DNA of 47,457 nt from Candidatus Asbonarchaeum danakilense (lineage in GTDB: Archaea > Nanohalarchaeota > Nanosalinia > Nanosalinales > Nanoanaerosalinaceae): the NCBI GenBank assembly GCA_034190465.1, contig JAXINV010000060.1, positions 1 to 47,457 of the forward strand, given 5' to 3'. A program made the position numbers and the translations under genes. Shown one piece after another: positions 26,160-35,504 of this stretch (position 1 is its first letter; each line of letters starts with the position of its first letter). Under the pieces are notes generated by a model. The model was not told the origin of the DNA and searched no databases. It saw only the letters and a program-made list of their open reading frames with translations.

Positions 26160-26331
26160 GACCGTACTGTTCGTCCGGGAACATTTAAGTCACCTTCCCG
26201 CCGAGGACTGTTCATTGAGGACGAACTCTCATGGACTGGTGCGGTCGAGCACAACCGTCTTTGATTATCTCGCGGTGGTAAAAATGCTAACGTTTTAAAG
26301 GCTGGGGCCGTAAGTAACATGACAGGTAGCT

Positions 26332-27096
26332 ATGACGCGACTCATCACTGTTTCCGGTGGCAAGGGAGGAGTTGGCAAGACAACCGTGACGAGCAACGTG
26401 GGTTCCGCGCTTTCTGAGTTCGGCCTGGATACGATGGTCATCGATGCGAACCTGACGAACCCGAACCTGGGGTTCCATCTCGGTATACCGCTCTACCCCA
26501 CCACGCTGCACGACGTGCTGCGTGATGAGGCGCATATCACCGAAGCGACCTACATCCACAATTCTGGGCTACGTGTCGTCCCTGCTGGTCTCTCGGTCGA
26601 GGATCTGCGCAACACGTCGCCGGAGAAGATTGATGAGGTGCTCGAGGATGTCATCGGCGAGCCGGAGTACGTTGTCATTGACTCCGCGGCCGGCCTGGGT
26701 AATGAATCTATCAATACTATCGAAGCGAGCGATGAACTTCTCATCGTCACCAACCCGAACCTGCCTGCGGTCACGGACGCGTTGAAGACGGCGAACATCG
26801 CCGAGGAAGCTGGGACGCACGTGCTCGGTGTCGTCCTCAATAGGAAGAACGACAACGAGGACGAGCTCAGCGCTGAGGAAGTCGAGGAGATGGTTGGCCA
26901 CCCGGTCGTGTCCGAGCTACCTGAACACGACGTGTTGCGGGAATCGGTGGCGAAGAAGACGCCTCTTGTCCATTACAAGCCGGACCATCACATGGCTGAA
27001 CGGTTCAAGGAGCTCGCGGCGGATGTCGCTGGCATCGACTACGAGCCGAAGAAGCGCGGTGTCGTCAGCCGCGTCAAGGAAGCGCTCGGCCTCTAG
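26332..27096 (+). CDS. minD: MinD-family ATPase
   Basis: SGGKGGVGKTT, IDANL, DSAAG, VTNP..PAVTDA. Confidence 0.93.
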   Translation: MTRLITVSGGKGGVGKTTVTSNVGSALSEFGLDTMVIDANLTNPNLGFHLGIPLYPTTLHDVLRDEAHITEATYIHNSGLRVVPAGLSVEDLRNTSPEKIDEVLEDVIGEPEYVVIDSAAGLGNESINTIEASDELLIVTNPNLPAVTDALKTANIAEEAGTHVLGVVLNRKNDNEDELSAEEVEEMVGHPVVSELPEHDVLRESVAKKTPLVHYKPDHHMAERFKELAADVAGIDYEPKKRGVVSRVKEALGL

Positions 27097-28745
27097 ACCA
27101 GGTCGTGAATCCTGTCCAGGTTGACTTCGAAGGCGGCGACCGGCATCTCCAGCGCGACGTTGTTCAGCACCGCGGGGTTGATCTCGCCGATCGTGCCGAC
27201 GCTGATACCGTCGATCAGAATCTCTGCGGTCCTGCCCTCGATGAACGTGGAGTGGTACTCCTTCTCGAACTCAGGCTCGACGCCGAGTGACTCGAACAGG
27301 CCCTCCGCCACCTTCTTGATTGTCGTGTAGTCGACGTCCTGGCCGGCGCGGACCGCTGCAAGGTGCCGGTCGGTGTGCGTCCTGTTCGGCTGGTCCTCGT
27401 CCTTCGTGATGACGTCCGCGGCTTCGAACACCTTCTGCGGGTACTCGTTGTGCGTGTTGTCCGCCAGCGTGTGCAGCATCTGCGGGAGCAGCATGTCCCG
27501 GCCGACCGTGTACTTGTCGGAGACCGGGTTCGCCAGCCGGATGAAGTCGTCGGAGTCCCGGTTCGCGTCGTGGTTCAGCGTCTCCTCGTCGGTCAGTGTC
27601 GGGTTCATGATCTCCTGGTATCCGAACCCTGTCATCAGGTCGCGGACGCTGTGCATGAAGTCCTCGACCGGGTCCGGCTCGCCGACGGTGGAGATGTTCG
27701 GCAGCTCGGGCTCGATGTTGTTGTAGCCGTAGCCGATGGCGACGTCCTCTGCGATGTCGACCTCGTGCAGGATGTCCGCACGATACGGCGGCACGACGAC
27801 CTCGAGCGTGTCGCCCAGCTCGACGACGCCGTAGCCCATCTTCTCCAGGTAGTCCCTGGCGCTGTCACGGTCCAGCTCGATGCCGGTGACCGCCTCGATC
27901 GCGTCCAGGTCGACCTGCATCTCGTCGGTGGAGAAGTCCGGTGTCGTGTACCGGTCGCCCGACTCGTGCATCTCGACACCGTAGATCTCGCCGCCACGCT
28001 CCGCGAGCGCGGTGACGATGACGTTGAGCGCGTAGTGCAACGACGTGGGGTCGGTCCCGGTCACGTCGATGAACAGGTCGCTTGACGCGGTCGTGACCTC
28101 GGTCCGACGCGCGTTGATGATTGGTGGGAAGCTGAGGACGTCGTCGTTGTCGTCGACGATCAGTGGCCACTTGTCGTGGCTCTCAACCAGTTCGCGGTAT
28201 TTCTTACCTTTCTCGTGGTCCTCGACGATCTCCTGCAGTGTCATCTTTTCATCCTGCTCCAGCGGGATGAAGCTGTACTCGTCGGGTGCGACGGCCTTGT
28301 ACGTCAGTGGGAAGTCGACCTCGGTCATGTCGTGGATGCCGATGGAGACACGCTCCCTGTCACGGCCGAACGTGCCGTGCAGCTTCTCCTGCAGCTGGAT
28401 GAGGGATTTGACCGCTGCGGTCCCGAGATCGACGTTCCTGACGACCGCGGTGACGACATGGGGCCGGACCGGGACATCGTCCACGGTGAACTGGTACGGA
28501 CCCTCATGAATCTCGTACTTCTGCAGGCCTGACTGCGTATCGCGGTACGTGCGGACGCTGCGCGCTATGCCTTCGACGCTGAGCAGGTCGATGCGGTCGG
28601 ATGTGACCTCGACCTCGACCCTGTCGTCGACGATCTCCTCGACCTCGACCTTGACCCGTGTGAGGACTTCCTCGAGTTCGCTGTCGCTCATCTCTTCGTC
28701 GATGAGGTCAAACAGGTCGTGCTTGTTGAACTCTATCGTCGGCAT
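27093..28745 (-). CDS. pheT: Phenylalanyl-tRNA synthetase beta subunit
   Basis: DRIDLLSVEGIAR, QEKLH, SFPPIINA, PPYRADILHEVDIAEDVAI. Confidence 0.96.
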   Translation of the reverse strand: MPTIEFNKHDLFDLIDEEMSDSELEEVLTRVKVEVEEIVDDRVEVEVTSDRIDLLSVEGIARSVRTYRDTQSGLQKYEIHEGPYQFTVDDVPVRPHVVTAVVRNVDLGTAAVKSLIQLQEKLHGTFGRDRERVSIGIHDMTEVDFPLTYKAVAPDEYSFIPLEQDEKMTLQEIVEDHEKGKKYRELVESHDKWPLIVDDNDDVLSFPPIINARRTEVTTASSDLFIDVTGTDPTSLHYALNVIVTALAERGGEIYGVEMHESGDRYTTPDFSTDEMQVDLDAIEAVTGIELDRDSARDYLEKMGYGVVELGDTLEVVVPPYRADILHEVDIAEDVAIGYGYNNIEPELPNISTVGEPDPVEDFMHSVRDLMTGFGYQEIMNPTLTDEETLNHDANRDSDDFIRLANPVSDKYTVGRDMLLPQMLHTLADNTHNEYPQKVFEAADVITKDEDQPNRTHTDRHLAAVRAGQDVDYTTIKKVAEGLFESLGVEPEFEKEYHSTFIEGRTAEILIDGISVGTIGEINPAVLNNVALEMPVAAFEVNLDRIHDLV

Positions 28746-28746
28746 G

Positions 28747-30273
28747 TCACATCACGTCCACGATCGGGCTCTTCCGCAGCTCCTGGATGTCCTGTGGGAA
28801 GAGCAGCTCCCTGATATCGTCTTTGCCGAGTTTGAACATGGCGATACGGTCGATGCCCATGCCCCACGCGATGACAGGATCATCCACGTCGAGCGGGTGC
28901 CGGACCTCGGGCCTGAACAGGCCTGCGCCGCCCAGCTCCACCCAGCCGAGCTCGGGGTGGTAGGCGTCGAGCTCGACTGAGGGCTCGGTGAACGGGAAGT
29001 AGCCCGGCCTGAACCGTATCTTCTCCGCGCCGGCGATCTCCTCGCCGAACAGTTTCAGGTAGCCGAGCAGGTCCTTGAGCGAGAGGTCTTCGGCCTTGAC
29101 GATGCCCTCGGCCTGGTTGAACTCGATGAAGTGGGTGGCGTCGATCTCGTCGTACCGGAAGACCCGGTCGATGGCGAACACCTTGGCCGGGGACTCAACG
29201 CCCTCTGCCAGGTGCCGGATCGTGGTCGCGGTGGTCTGGCTCCGCAGCATCAGCTTTGATGCCTGCTCCTTGCTCCATTCGTACTCCCACCCCTTGGATT
29301 CGATGTTCCAGCCGCCTTCGTGCATCTTCTTGACGCGCTCGACGATATCGTCGTGCATCAGGTCGCCCTGTGCCGGGTCCTCGAGCTCGAACTTGTCGTG
29401 GACCTCCCGTGCCGGGTGGTCCTGGGCCTGGAACAGGACGTCGAAGTTCCAGAACTCCATCTCGACGAGGTCGGTCTTGGCCTCGCGGAAGCCCATGGCG
29501 ATGAACTCGTCCCTGACGTTGTCCAAGTAGCTGCGGTACGGCTGCTTCTTGCCGGGCCGCTCACGCTCGACGTCGGCCTCGACGTTGTACTCGCGGATGC
29601 CGCGCTTCTTCCAGTCGCCGCTCCGGATGATCTCTGGGGTGAGCTTGCCGACCTTCTGCTGTTCGAGTTCTTCCTCGCGTTCCTCCTGTTCCTTCAGTTC
29701 GTGGTATTCTTTCCCGCCCTTGTCGGTGACGGTGAGGATGCGCCAGTTCTGTTCCTTCCGTTCGATGAGTCCGCGTTCCTGCAGGCGTTCCAGCAGCTCG
29801 TCCTCCACGTCGTCGCCGTGGAACCTGTCGGCGTCGGCGACGGCTTCGAGTACGTCCTCCTCTCTGAAGCCCTCGTCGAGCTTGTCGCGACCGTCGTCTG
29901 TGATCTGCAGCTTCTTGTAGCCGCCTTCTTCGATGATTTCCGCCCAGCCATGCTGCTTGCATTCGCCGAGCGCGATGTTGAACGGCCCGATCAGGTCCTG
30001 GAGCTGGTCCATGCGTTCGGGTCCGTCCTCGATCTCGCTGAGCAGCCGCTTTTCAGGCAGGCCGTTGATGTAGGCGTCCTCGCCGTCGCCGGTGATGACG
30101 TAGTGGACTTCGCTCTCCTCACCGATGTCGACGAGCATCGCGTCCTCGAGCCATTTCGCCGGCCGGATGACGGCTGCGTGCCCCATGTCTTCCTCGAGTT
30201 CGTCGACGCGGGCCTCGCCGTCCTCCTGCATCAACCGCTTCAGAAGCCGGGCTGCCCTGGGGTGGAGTTCCAT
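28747..30273 (-). CDS. pheS: Phenylalanyl-tRNA synthetase alpha subunit
   Basis: FWNFDVLFQAQDHPARE, RVFRYDEIDATH, GYFPFTEPS, GAGLFRPE, WGMGIDR. Confidence 0.97.
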   Translation of the reverse strand: MELHPRAARLLKRLMQEDGEARVDELEEDMGHAAVIRPAKWLEDAMLVDIGEESEVHYVITGDGEDAYINGLPEKRLLSEIEDGPERMDQLQDLIGPFNIALGECKQHGWAEIIEEGGYKKLQITDDGRDKLDEGFREEDVLEAVADADRFHGDDVEDELLERLQERGLIERKEQNWRILTVTDKGGKEYHELKEQEEREEELEQQKVGKLTPEIIRSGDWKKRGIREYNVEADVERERPGKKQPYRSYLDNVRDEFIAMGFREAKTDLVEMEFWNFDVLFQAQDHPAREVHDKFELEDPAQGDLMHDDIVERVKKMHEGGWNIESKGWEYEWSKEQASKLMLRSQTTATTIRHLAEGVESPAKVFAIDRVFRYDEIDATHFIEFNQAEGIVKAEDLSLKDLLGYLKLFGEEIAGAEKIRFRPGYFPFTEPSVELDAYHPELGWVELGGAGLFRPEVRHPLDVDDPVIAWGMGIDRIAMFKLGKDDIRELLFPQDIQELRKSPIVDVM

Positions 30274-30359
30274 GTGCACACCTTTGTGAGCAGCGTGTTT
30301 TTTTGTATCTTACACCGCCCCGCGGAAACAGGTTTAAAGCCCGGCGGGCATGGTGGGGC

Positions 30360-30929
30360 ATGTCGCTCGCGTCGGTGGTGGAGTGGACGCGGCAGACGTT
30401 CATGCCGCTGGGCCCGCTGGGCCTGTTCGTGCTGGCGTTCATCGAGTCGTCGTTTTTCCCGGTGCCGCCTGACGTGCTGCTGATCCCGCTGGTGCTGGCG
30501 TCGCCGCATCAGGCGCTGCTGCTGGCAGCGATCGCGACGGCGGGGTCGGTCACGGGCGCGATGTTCGGCTACGAGCTGGGGCGGCGCGGCGGCCGGCCGG
30601 TGTTGGAGCGCATGGTGTCGCAGCGGAACATTGATAGGGTGGAGGGCTACTACGACAGGTACGGGGCGCTGGCCGTCGGGTTTGCAGGGTTCTCGCCGGT
30701 GCCGTACAAGGTGTTCGCGGTGTCGTCGGGCACGTTCGAGATGGATCTGCCGACGTTCGTGACGGTTTCGACGCTGTCACGCGGTGCACGGTTCTTCGCT
30801 GAGGCGATCCTGTTCATGCTGTACGGCGAGGAGATCATGTCGTTCTTCGAGACGTACTTCGGCCCGCTGACGCTGGTCGCGGCCGGTCTCGCTGTCGCGG
30901 GCTACGTGGTCTGGAAGCAGTGGCTCTAG
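30360..30929 (+). CDS. YqaA/DedA (VTT domain) membrane protein
   Basis: AFIESSFFPVPPDVLL, FSPVPYKVF, SRGARF; ATG 22 nt after TTTAAA. Confidence 0.92.
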   Translation: MSLASVVEWTRQTFMPLGPLGLFVLAFIESSFFPVPPDVLLIPLVLASPHQALLLAAIATAGSVTGAMFGYELGRRGGRPVLERMVSQRNIDRVEGYYDRYGALAVGFAGFSPVPYKVFAVSSGTFEMDLPTFVTVSTLSRGARFFAEAILFMLYGEEIMSFFETYFGPLTLVAAGLAVAGYVVWKQWL

Positions 30930-32023
30930 GCCAGGTATTCGTCCAGCCGGTCCTTCGCCTGCTCCCGCTTCGCCTGGTGCTCTTCGAGGAACGTGGCGAG
31001 TTCGTCCTTGGCGATCTGCTTGAGCTCGCCTGACAGCATCTCGCCGCTGTCATACTTCCTGTATATCTCCTCAAGCCGCTCGTCGTCCTCGATGAGGTGG
31101 AAGGCGAGCAGCTCGAAGACCATGTCCTCCTCGACGTCGGCACCTTTCTCCCGGTGCTCGTCCAGGCTCTGCTGGCCGCCGGTCTTCGCCCGGTCGATCT
31201 TCTCCTTGGCGTCGTCGACGGAGTCGGTCAGCGCGATGTAGGACTTGGGGTCGCTGGACGACATCTTCCCGCCCTGCAGCCCGCGCATGAACTTGTGGTA
31301 GGTGGCGGCGGGCTTGATGAAGTCCTGGGACGGGTATCTGGAGGCGATGTCCCGTGTCAGCCGGATGTGCGGGTCCTGGTCGGTGCCGATCGGAACGACG
31401 GTCGGTTTGGGACCGCCGTTCTCCTCGAACTGGGGCTGGAGGATGTCGGCGACCTGTGTCAGGGCGGAGGTGGTCTTGCCGGGTGAGACGTCGCCGTAGA
31501 TGGCCTCGACCTCGCTCTGGGTGACGTGCCGTGAGAACTGTTTGGACATGGAGTGGTAGTGCGGTGTGCCTTCGGACTGGAAGTAGAAGTACAGGTTGTC
31601 GGGTTCCAGGCCGAGGGCGATGTAGTTAATGAGGTACTGGTCCAGTGCGATCTCCCGCGCCTCCTGGAGGTCGATGCCGCGTGTGGCGTAGGCCTCGAGG
31701 TCGGCGACGGCGACGTACAGGTCTGCGCCCTGTTCCTGGTAGTATGTCATCTGGTCGGCGACCATTTTGTGGCCGAAGTGGAAGGTGCCGGACGGCATCA
31801 ATCCTGTCATCATGGCGAAGTCGTCGCCGTCCGCGATCGCGTCGGCGACCGTGCCGAAGTCGCGCTGGCCGTAGACGATGTCACGCCGCATGTAGTGGTT
31901 GAGGTTGGGCAATTTGTCCTTGTGCTCGGCGAACGGGTCGATGCCGAACTTCTCCATCTTGTCGTCGTAGTCGCCGGCCTGGACGTCGCCCCACGGGTCA
32001 ATCCCTGCCTCGGTATCAGCCAT
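30926..32023 (-). CDS. trpS: Tryptophanyl-tRNA synthetase (archaeal)
   Basis: Start MADTE; IDPWG, TGLMPSGTFHFGH, GTDQDPHIRLTRD, KMSSS, AKTGG. Confidence 0.96.
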   Translation of the reverse strand: MADTEAGIDPWGDVQAGDYDDKMEKFGIDPFAEHKDKLPNLNHYMRRDIVYGQRDFGTVADAIADGDDFAMMTGLMPSGTFHFGHKMVADQMTYYQEQGADLYVAVADLEAYATRGIDLQEAREIALDQYLINYIALGLEPDNLYFYFQSEGTPHYHSMSKQFSRHVTQSEVEAIYGDVSPGKTTSALTQVADILQPQFEENGGPKPTVVPIGTDQDPHIRLTRDIASRYPSQDFIKPAATYHKFMRGLQGGKMSSSDPKSYIALTDSVDDAKEKIDRAKTGGQQSLDEHREKGADVEEDMVFELLAFHLIEDDERLEEIYRKYDSGEMLSGELKQIAKDELATFLEEHQAKREQAKDRLDEYLA

Positions 32024-32816
32024 GGTGACCACCTTGTTCCCGGACAGTTTTATATTCTGAGAGCGTGCCGGCCCGCTCCGCCGTATAGCCGAGCCTATCC
32101 TCGTATCCGTCGGTCGCGGTGAGGACGGGGTAGAACGGTTCCTCTGCGATGATTTCCTCGCCCCCGGCCGTTGCGAAGACCTCTCCCTCGGCCACCGGTT
32201 CGAAGTCCTGGCGGAGGAACTGCATGTCTTCCCGTCGCTCGATCTCGCCTGTGATTCGGTAGACCTCGGGGTCGGATGCCGGTACAGCTCCTCCATCACT
32301 GCAGGCGTCAAGCACGTTCTGCAGGATCGCTACCCCGTTCTCGACGGCTTTGTCCGTCCCGCGGCGGCCGCATTCGACCGATATGCCCGGCACGTGCTGG
32401 ATCAGGCCGCCTGACTCGTAGCCGATGTCGATGACCCGTTCCAGCCCGGTGGCCCTGCAGAACGTGGGTGTCTGCGGGCCATCCCCTGCGATGACGCAGA
32501 AGGGCTGGTCGGTCGACGGCGTGGTGTGCAGATCGATGACAGGGGCCCTGACGGCCTTGAGGATGGCGGCGGCCAGCCGCCGTTCGTGGGCGTCCCCGCT
32601 ACGGTCGCCGGGGAACGCCCGGTTCAGATCGGTATCGATGTATCGCACGCCTTCCTCGACGGCTTCCTGGTTCGCCTCGATGTACTGGACGGTCGGATCC
32701 CTGTCGTGGTCGTTGAGAACGCTACGTGCTGCTTCCCTCCCTCCGGTCTCGTCGCCGTGCAGGCAACTGACGACACAGAGATCGGGCGCCCCGTCCCCGA
32801 TGATCTCGCTGTGCAT
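32016..32816 (-). CDS. AstE/AspA-family (M14-like) zinc deacylase, copy 1
   Basis: HGDE, DLNRAFPG, DLHTT, VECG, FYPVL; 3' end overlaps the trpS start. Confidence 0.9.
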   Translation of the reverse strand: MHSEIIGDGAPDLCVVSCLHGDETGGREAARSVLNDHDRDPTVQYIEANQEAVEEGVRYIDTDLNRAFPGDRSGDAHERRLAAAILKAVRAPVIDLHTTPSTDQPFCVIAGDGPQTPTFCRATGLERVIDIGYESGGLIQHVPGISVECGRRGTDKAVENGVAILQNVLDACSDGGAVPASDPEVYRITGEIERREDMQFLRQDFEPVAEGEVFATAGGEEIIAEEPFYPVLTATDGYEDRLGYTAERAGTLSEYKTVREQGGHHG

Positions 32817-33715
32817 CACAGTCCCTCCAGGCTCTGCCTGAACTCCTGTTTGAACGCTGCCTCGTCGATCCTGGTCACGACGGAGGTCGTTGGCTCAGCC
32901 GTGACGTAGTCACGTTCTTCCTGGACCAGCATGCCCCGGGTGTGCTCTCCCCCGGTCTCGACGACGATGTCATGTTCGTCGGTCTCAATGTGTTCGGGGT
33001 AGGCGGCAGCGAAGGCGGCGATCGCGTCGTAGACCAGCGCCCCCTCGACATCGAGATGTTCCCTGAGACGACGGATGAACGGATCGAGGAGGCTGACGAG
33101 CTCGTTTCTGATACTGCAGTCTTCAGGGATCGTTGCCGGCTTGAGGATGATGTCGTTGCATGGTCCAAGCGGGACCAGTGTCGTGTCGAGTTCCGACCCG
33201 ATCACTGTGGCGGCTGCCTCCGGATCGACGTACATGTTGAACTCGGCGACCCGGTTCTGGTTGCCCGGACTTTCGAGGGCGCCCCCCATGGAGACGATCC
33301 GATCTGCGTTCCGCATCTGGTCTGGATACGTTCCGAGGGCGCGTGCGATGTTGGTGAGGGGGCCGAGCGTGATGATGGTCGCTCCCCTATCTGCGGCGTC
33401 TGCCAGCTGGTCGATGGCATCCGCTCCGGCCGGCAACGGGTCGATCCGGCTGTCCATCCCGTCGAGACCGTCCTCACCGTGGACGGTCGCTGTCGTGAGT
33501 TCTCGTTCCATCGGCCGGTCGCTGCCCTGGTGGAGGGGGACGCCGCTGCGTCCCGCCATACGCAGCACACGGCCTGCATTCCGTGTCGTCGCCTCTACGC
33601 GGGCGTTGCCGGCAACGGTCGTCACTGATTCGACGTCGATCCTGTTGCTTCCGAGGGCGAGCAGGAGTGCGAGTGCGTCGTCATGGCCGGGGTCGGTGTC
33701 GATCACAGCGTGCAT
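32816..33715 (-). CDS. Nucleoside hydrolase (IUNH family)
   Basis: DTDPGHDD, TTVAGN, HGEDGL, LGPLTNIA, MGGA, AEFNMYVDPEAA; VYDA in place of the usual V/LHD. Confidence 0.92.
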   Translation of the reverse strand: MHAVIDTDPGHDDALALLLALGSNRIDVESVTTVAGNARVEATTRNAGRVLRMAGRSGVPLHQGSDRPMERELTTATVHGEDGLDGMDSRIDPLPAGADAIDQLADAADRGATIITLGPLTNIARALGTYPDQMRNADRIVSMGGALESPGNQNRVAEFNMYVDPEAAATVIGSELDTTLVPLGPCNDIILKPATIPEDCSIRNELVSLLDPFIRRLREHLDVEGALVYDAIAAFAAAYPEHIETDEHDIVVETGGEHTRGMLVQEERDYVTAEPTTSVVTRIDEAAFKQEFRQSLEGL

Positions 33716-34302
33716 CCGATCACCCCCGTGAGGGTCTCCGCGGCCGCATCCGCCTCGATATGGTGGGCGTCCATCCCCATCGAAGCGGCGACCGCGGTGT
33801 TCTCTTCCTCGTCGTCGACGTAGACTGCCGCTTCGGGGCTGTACGGCGCCTGCCTGATGAAGAACGTGAACGCCTCCTCCTGGGGTTTCGGGACGGGAAG
33901 GGAGGAGGCACCGATGATTGATGCTGCCTCCCGCCCCTGTCTGTCCAGGTACAGCTCCACGAGGCGCTCGCTGTTGTTGGTGAGCACGTCAACCCTGTAT
34001 CCCTCGTCCTGGAACGCATCGATGATGCGGGAGCGGTCGGTCTGTGCCGCGACCTCGCAGACTGCAGGGTAGACGGTCTCTGCGAACCTGTGCCGCGGGA
34101 TGTCTTTCGCTTCGAGGAACATCTGCGTGGTGGTGTACCGCCGGTTCCTGACGGCACGGCGCGCTTCCCTGAAGATCCTCTCCGGATTTTCTCGCCCCAT
34201 GTCCCGAAGGAGGTCGAGGACCGCCTCTTGGAAGGCCTCATAGGCTGAATCCCTGTCACGGTACAGTGTGCCATCGAAGTCCAGGACCACGGCCTCTGTC
34301 AC
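33703..34302 (-). CDS. HAD-superfamily hydrolase (putative nucleotidase)
   Basis: Motif I DFDGTL, motif II LTNN, motif III KP, motif IV VDD...N; GTGA overlap with the upstream gene. Confidence 0.88.
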   Translation of the reverse strand: MTEAVVLDFDGTLYRDRDSAYEAFQEAVLDLLRDMGRENPERIFREARRAVRNRRYTTTQMFLEAKDIPRHRFAETVYPAVCEVAAQTDRSRIIDAFQDEGYRVDVLTNNSERLVELYLDRQGREAASIIGASSLPVPKPQEEAFTFFIRQAPYSPEAAVYVDDEEENTAVAASMGMDAHHIEADAAAETLTGVIGCTL

Positions 34303-35504
34303 TGTTTCTCCCTCTGTGAGACGGCACTTGCCTGTTTTGCGTTCTCGTACGGCCTGCCGGATTCGAGGACCTCGATGGCGCGTTCCGTCCCTTCGTCGAG
34401 CGGGGTGCCGTCATCCAGGTAGTACAGCAGTGCGGCGTTGGCGGCGATCAGGTCACGGGCACCGTTTTCGACCTCGCCGCGGAGGATGGCCTCACCGAGC
34501 TCGGGCTTGGTCATCTCGTACGCGCCGGGATCGATTTCCTCGTAGTCGACGGGTTCCAGGCCAAAGTCGCCGGCCTCAAGATCGTAGGTCGTGATCTCGC
34601 CGTCCTGAAGTTCTGCTACGGTGGATCCACCCTCCATGACGGAGGCCTCATCTATCCCACTGTCCGCTCCAGGCTCGACGAAGCCGCGGACCGCGATGAG
34701 GTGGTCCGTCGCGGTAATCCCGCGTTCGTTGAGTTCCCGGTATGCCTCGGCGACGGTCTGTGGGTCCATCAGGTGGTTGACACCGACCACCCGCCTGCTG
34801 TGCGTGGCCGGATGCAGGGGGTTGGTGATGGGGCCGATGATGTCGTTCATGTGCGGCAGGTCGGCGTGTTCGTGGGTCTGCCGGTGGATGTCCTTGTAGT
34901 CGGTGTTGAGGGCCTCTGAGTAGCCGAAACCTGTCTGCTCAACACCCGCCTCCGTCAGCTCCTGATCGGTCATCAGGTCGAACCCGAGGTGTTCGAGGAA
35001 GTCGCTGCTGCCGGTGCTGTCTGTGTTGCCGGGCGAGCCGTGCTTGCACATCTTGATGCCGTCGGCCGCGACGGTGAGGGCGGCCAGTGTGGAGACGTTC
35101 GGCGTCCGGTACATGTCGCCGCCCATCCCACAGTTGTCCATGGCGTTCCCGGCGTCCGGCGCTATCGTGCTGTCCTCGCCGATGTCGTACTCGAAGATTG
35201 CTGCTGTCACACCTGCGATCTGCTCGGCCGCCCCATCATGGCTGTAGAGTTCCTGGTCATGCAGGACGGAAAGCGCAGTCAGGCTCTGGTACCGGGCCTC
35301 TTCCCGGTTCTGGTCGAAGACATCCTCGAGCTCGTTGTTCCCCAGTCCGTAGAGGGTCTGGCAGCCGAGGAGATAGGCGTCCTCGAACCCGAACGGTTCG
35401 TCGATGTAGCCGTGTTCCTTGAGAAGTGTTTTGGTCTCGTACTGGTCAGCCTTGCGGCTGAGTTCTTCCGGAGCGTACTGCCGCTCCTGTCCAAAAACAT
35501 CCAC
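34299..35504 (-). CDS. Divergent anthranilate phosphoribosyltransferase (TrpD)-like protein
   Basis: DNCGMGGD, PNVST, KHGS, GSSDFLEHLG, GPITNP, GIDE, ANAALL; GTG start uncertain (see findings). Confidence 0.85.
   Translation of the reverse strand: MDVFGQERQYAPEELSRKADQYETKTLLKEHGYIDEPFGFEDAYLLGCQTLYGLGNNELEDVFDQNREEARYQSLTALSVLHDQELYSHDGAAEQIAGVTAAIFEYDIGEDSTIAPDAGNAMDNCGMGGDMYRTPNVSTLAALTVAADGIKMCKHGSPGNTDSTGSSDFLEHLGFDLMTDQELTEAGVEQTGFGYSEALNTDYKDIHRQTHEHADLPHMNDIIGPITNPLHPATHSRRVVGVNHLMDPQTVAEAYRELNERGITATDHLIAVRGFVEPGADSGIDEASVMEGGSTVAELQDGEITTYDLEAGDFGLEPVDYEEIDPGAYEMTKPELGEAILRGEVENGARDLIAANAALLYYLDDGTPLDEGTERAIEVLESGRPYENAKQASAVSQREKQ

Noticed and set aside
32024..32311. N-terminal extension of TrpRS (461-aa ORF)
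   Set aside because: It overlaps the aspA-like gene in another frame; TrpRS homology begins at MADTE..IDPWG, with an SD-like GGTGGT upstream.
34299..35504. Calling the gene trpD (tryptophan biosynthesis)
   Set aside because: Anthranilate-binding residues are altered and no other trp biosynthetic genes are in the window, so the symbol was withheld.
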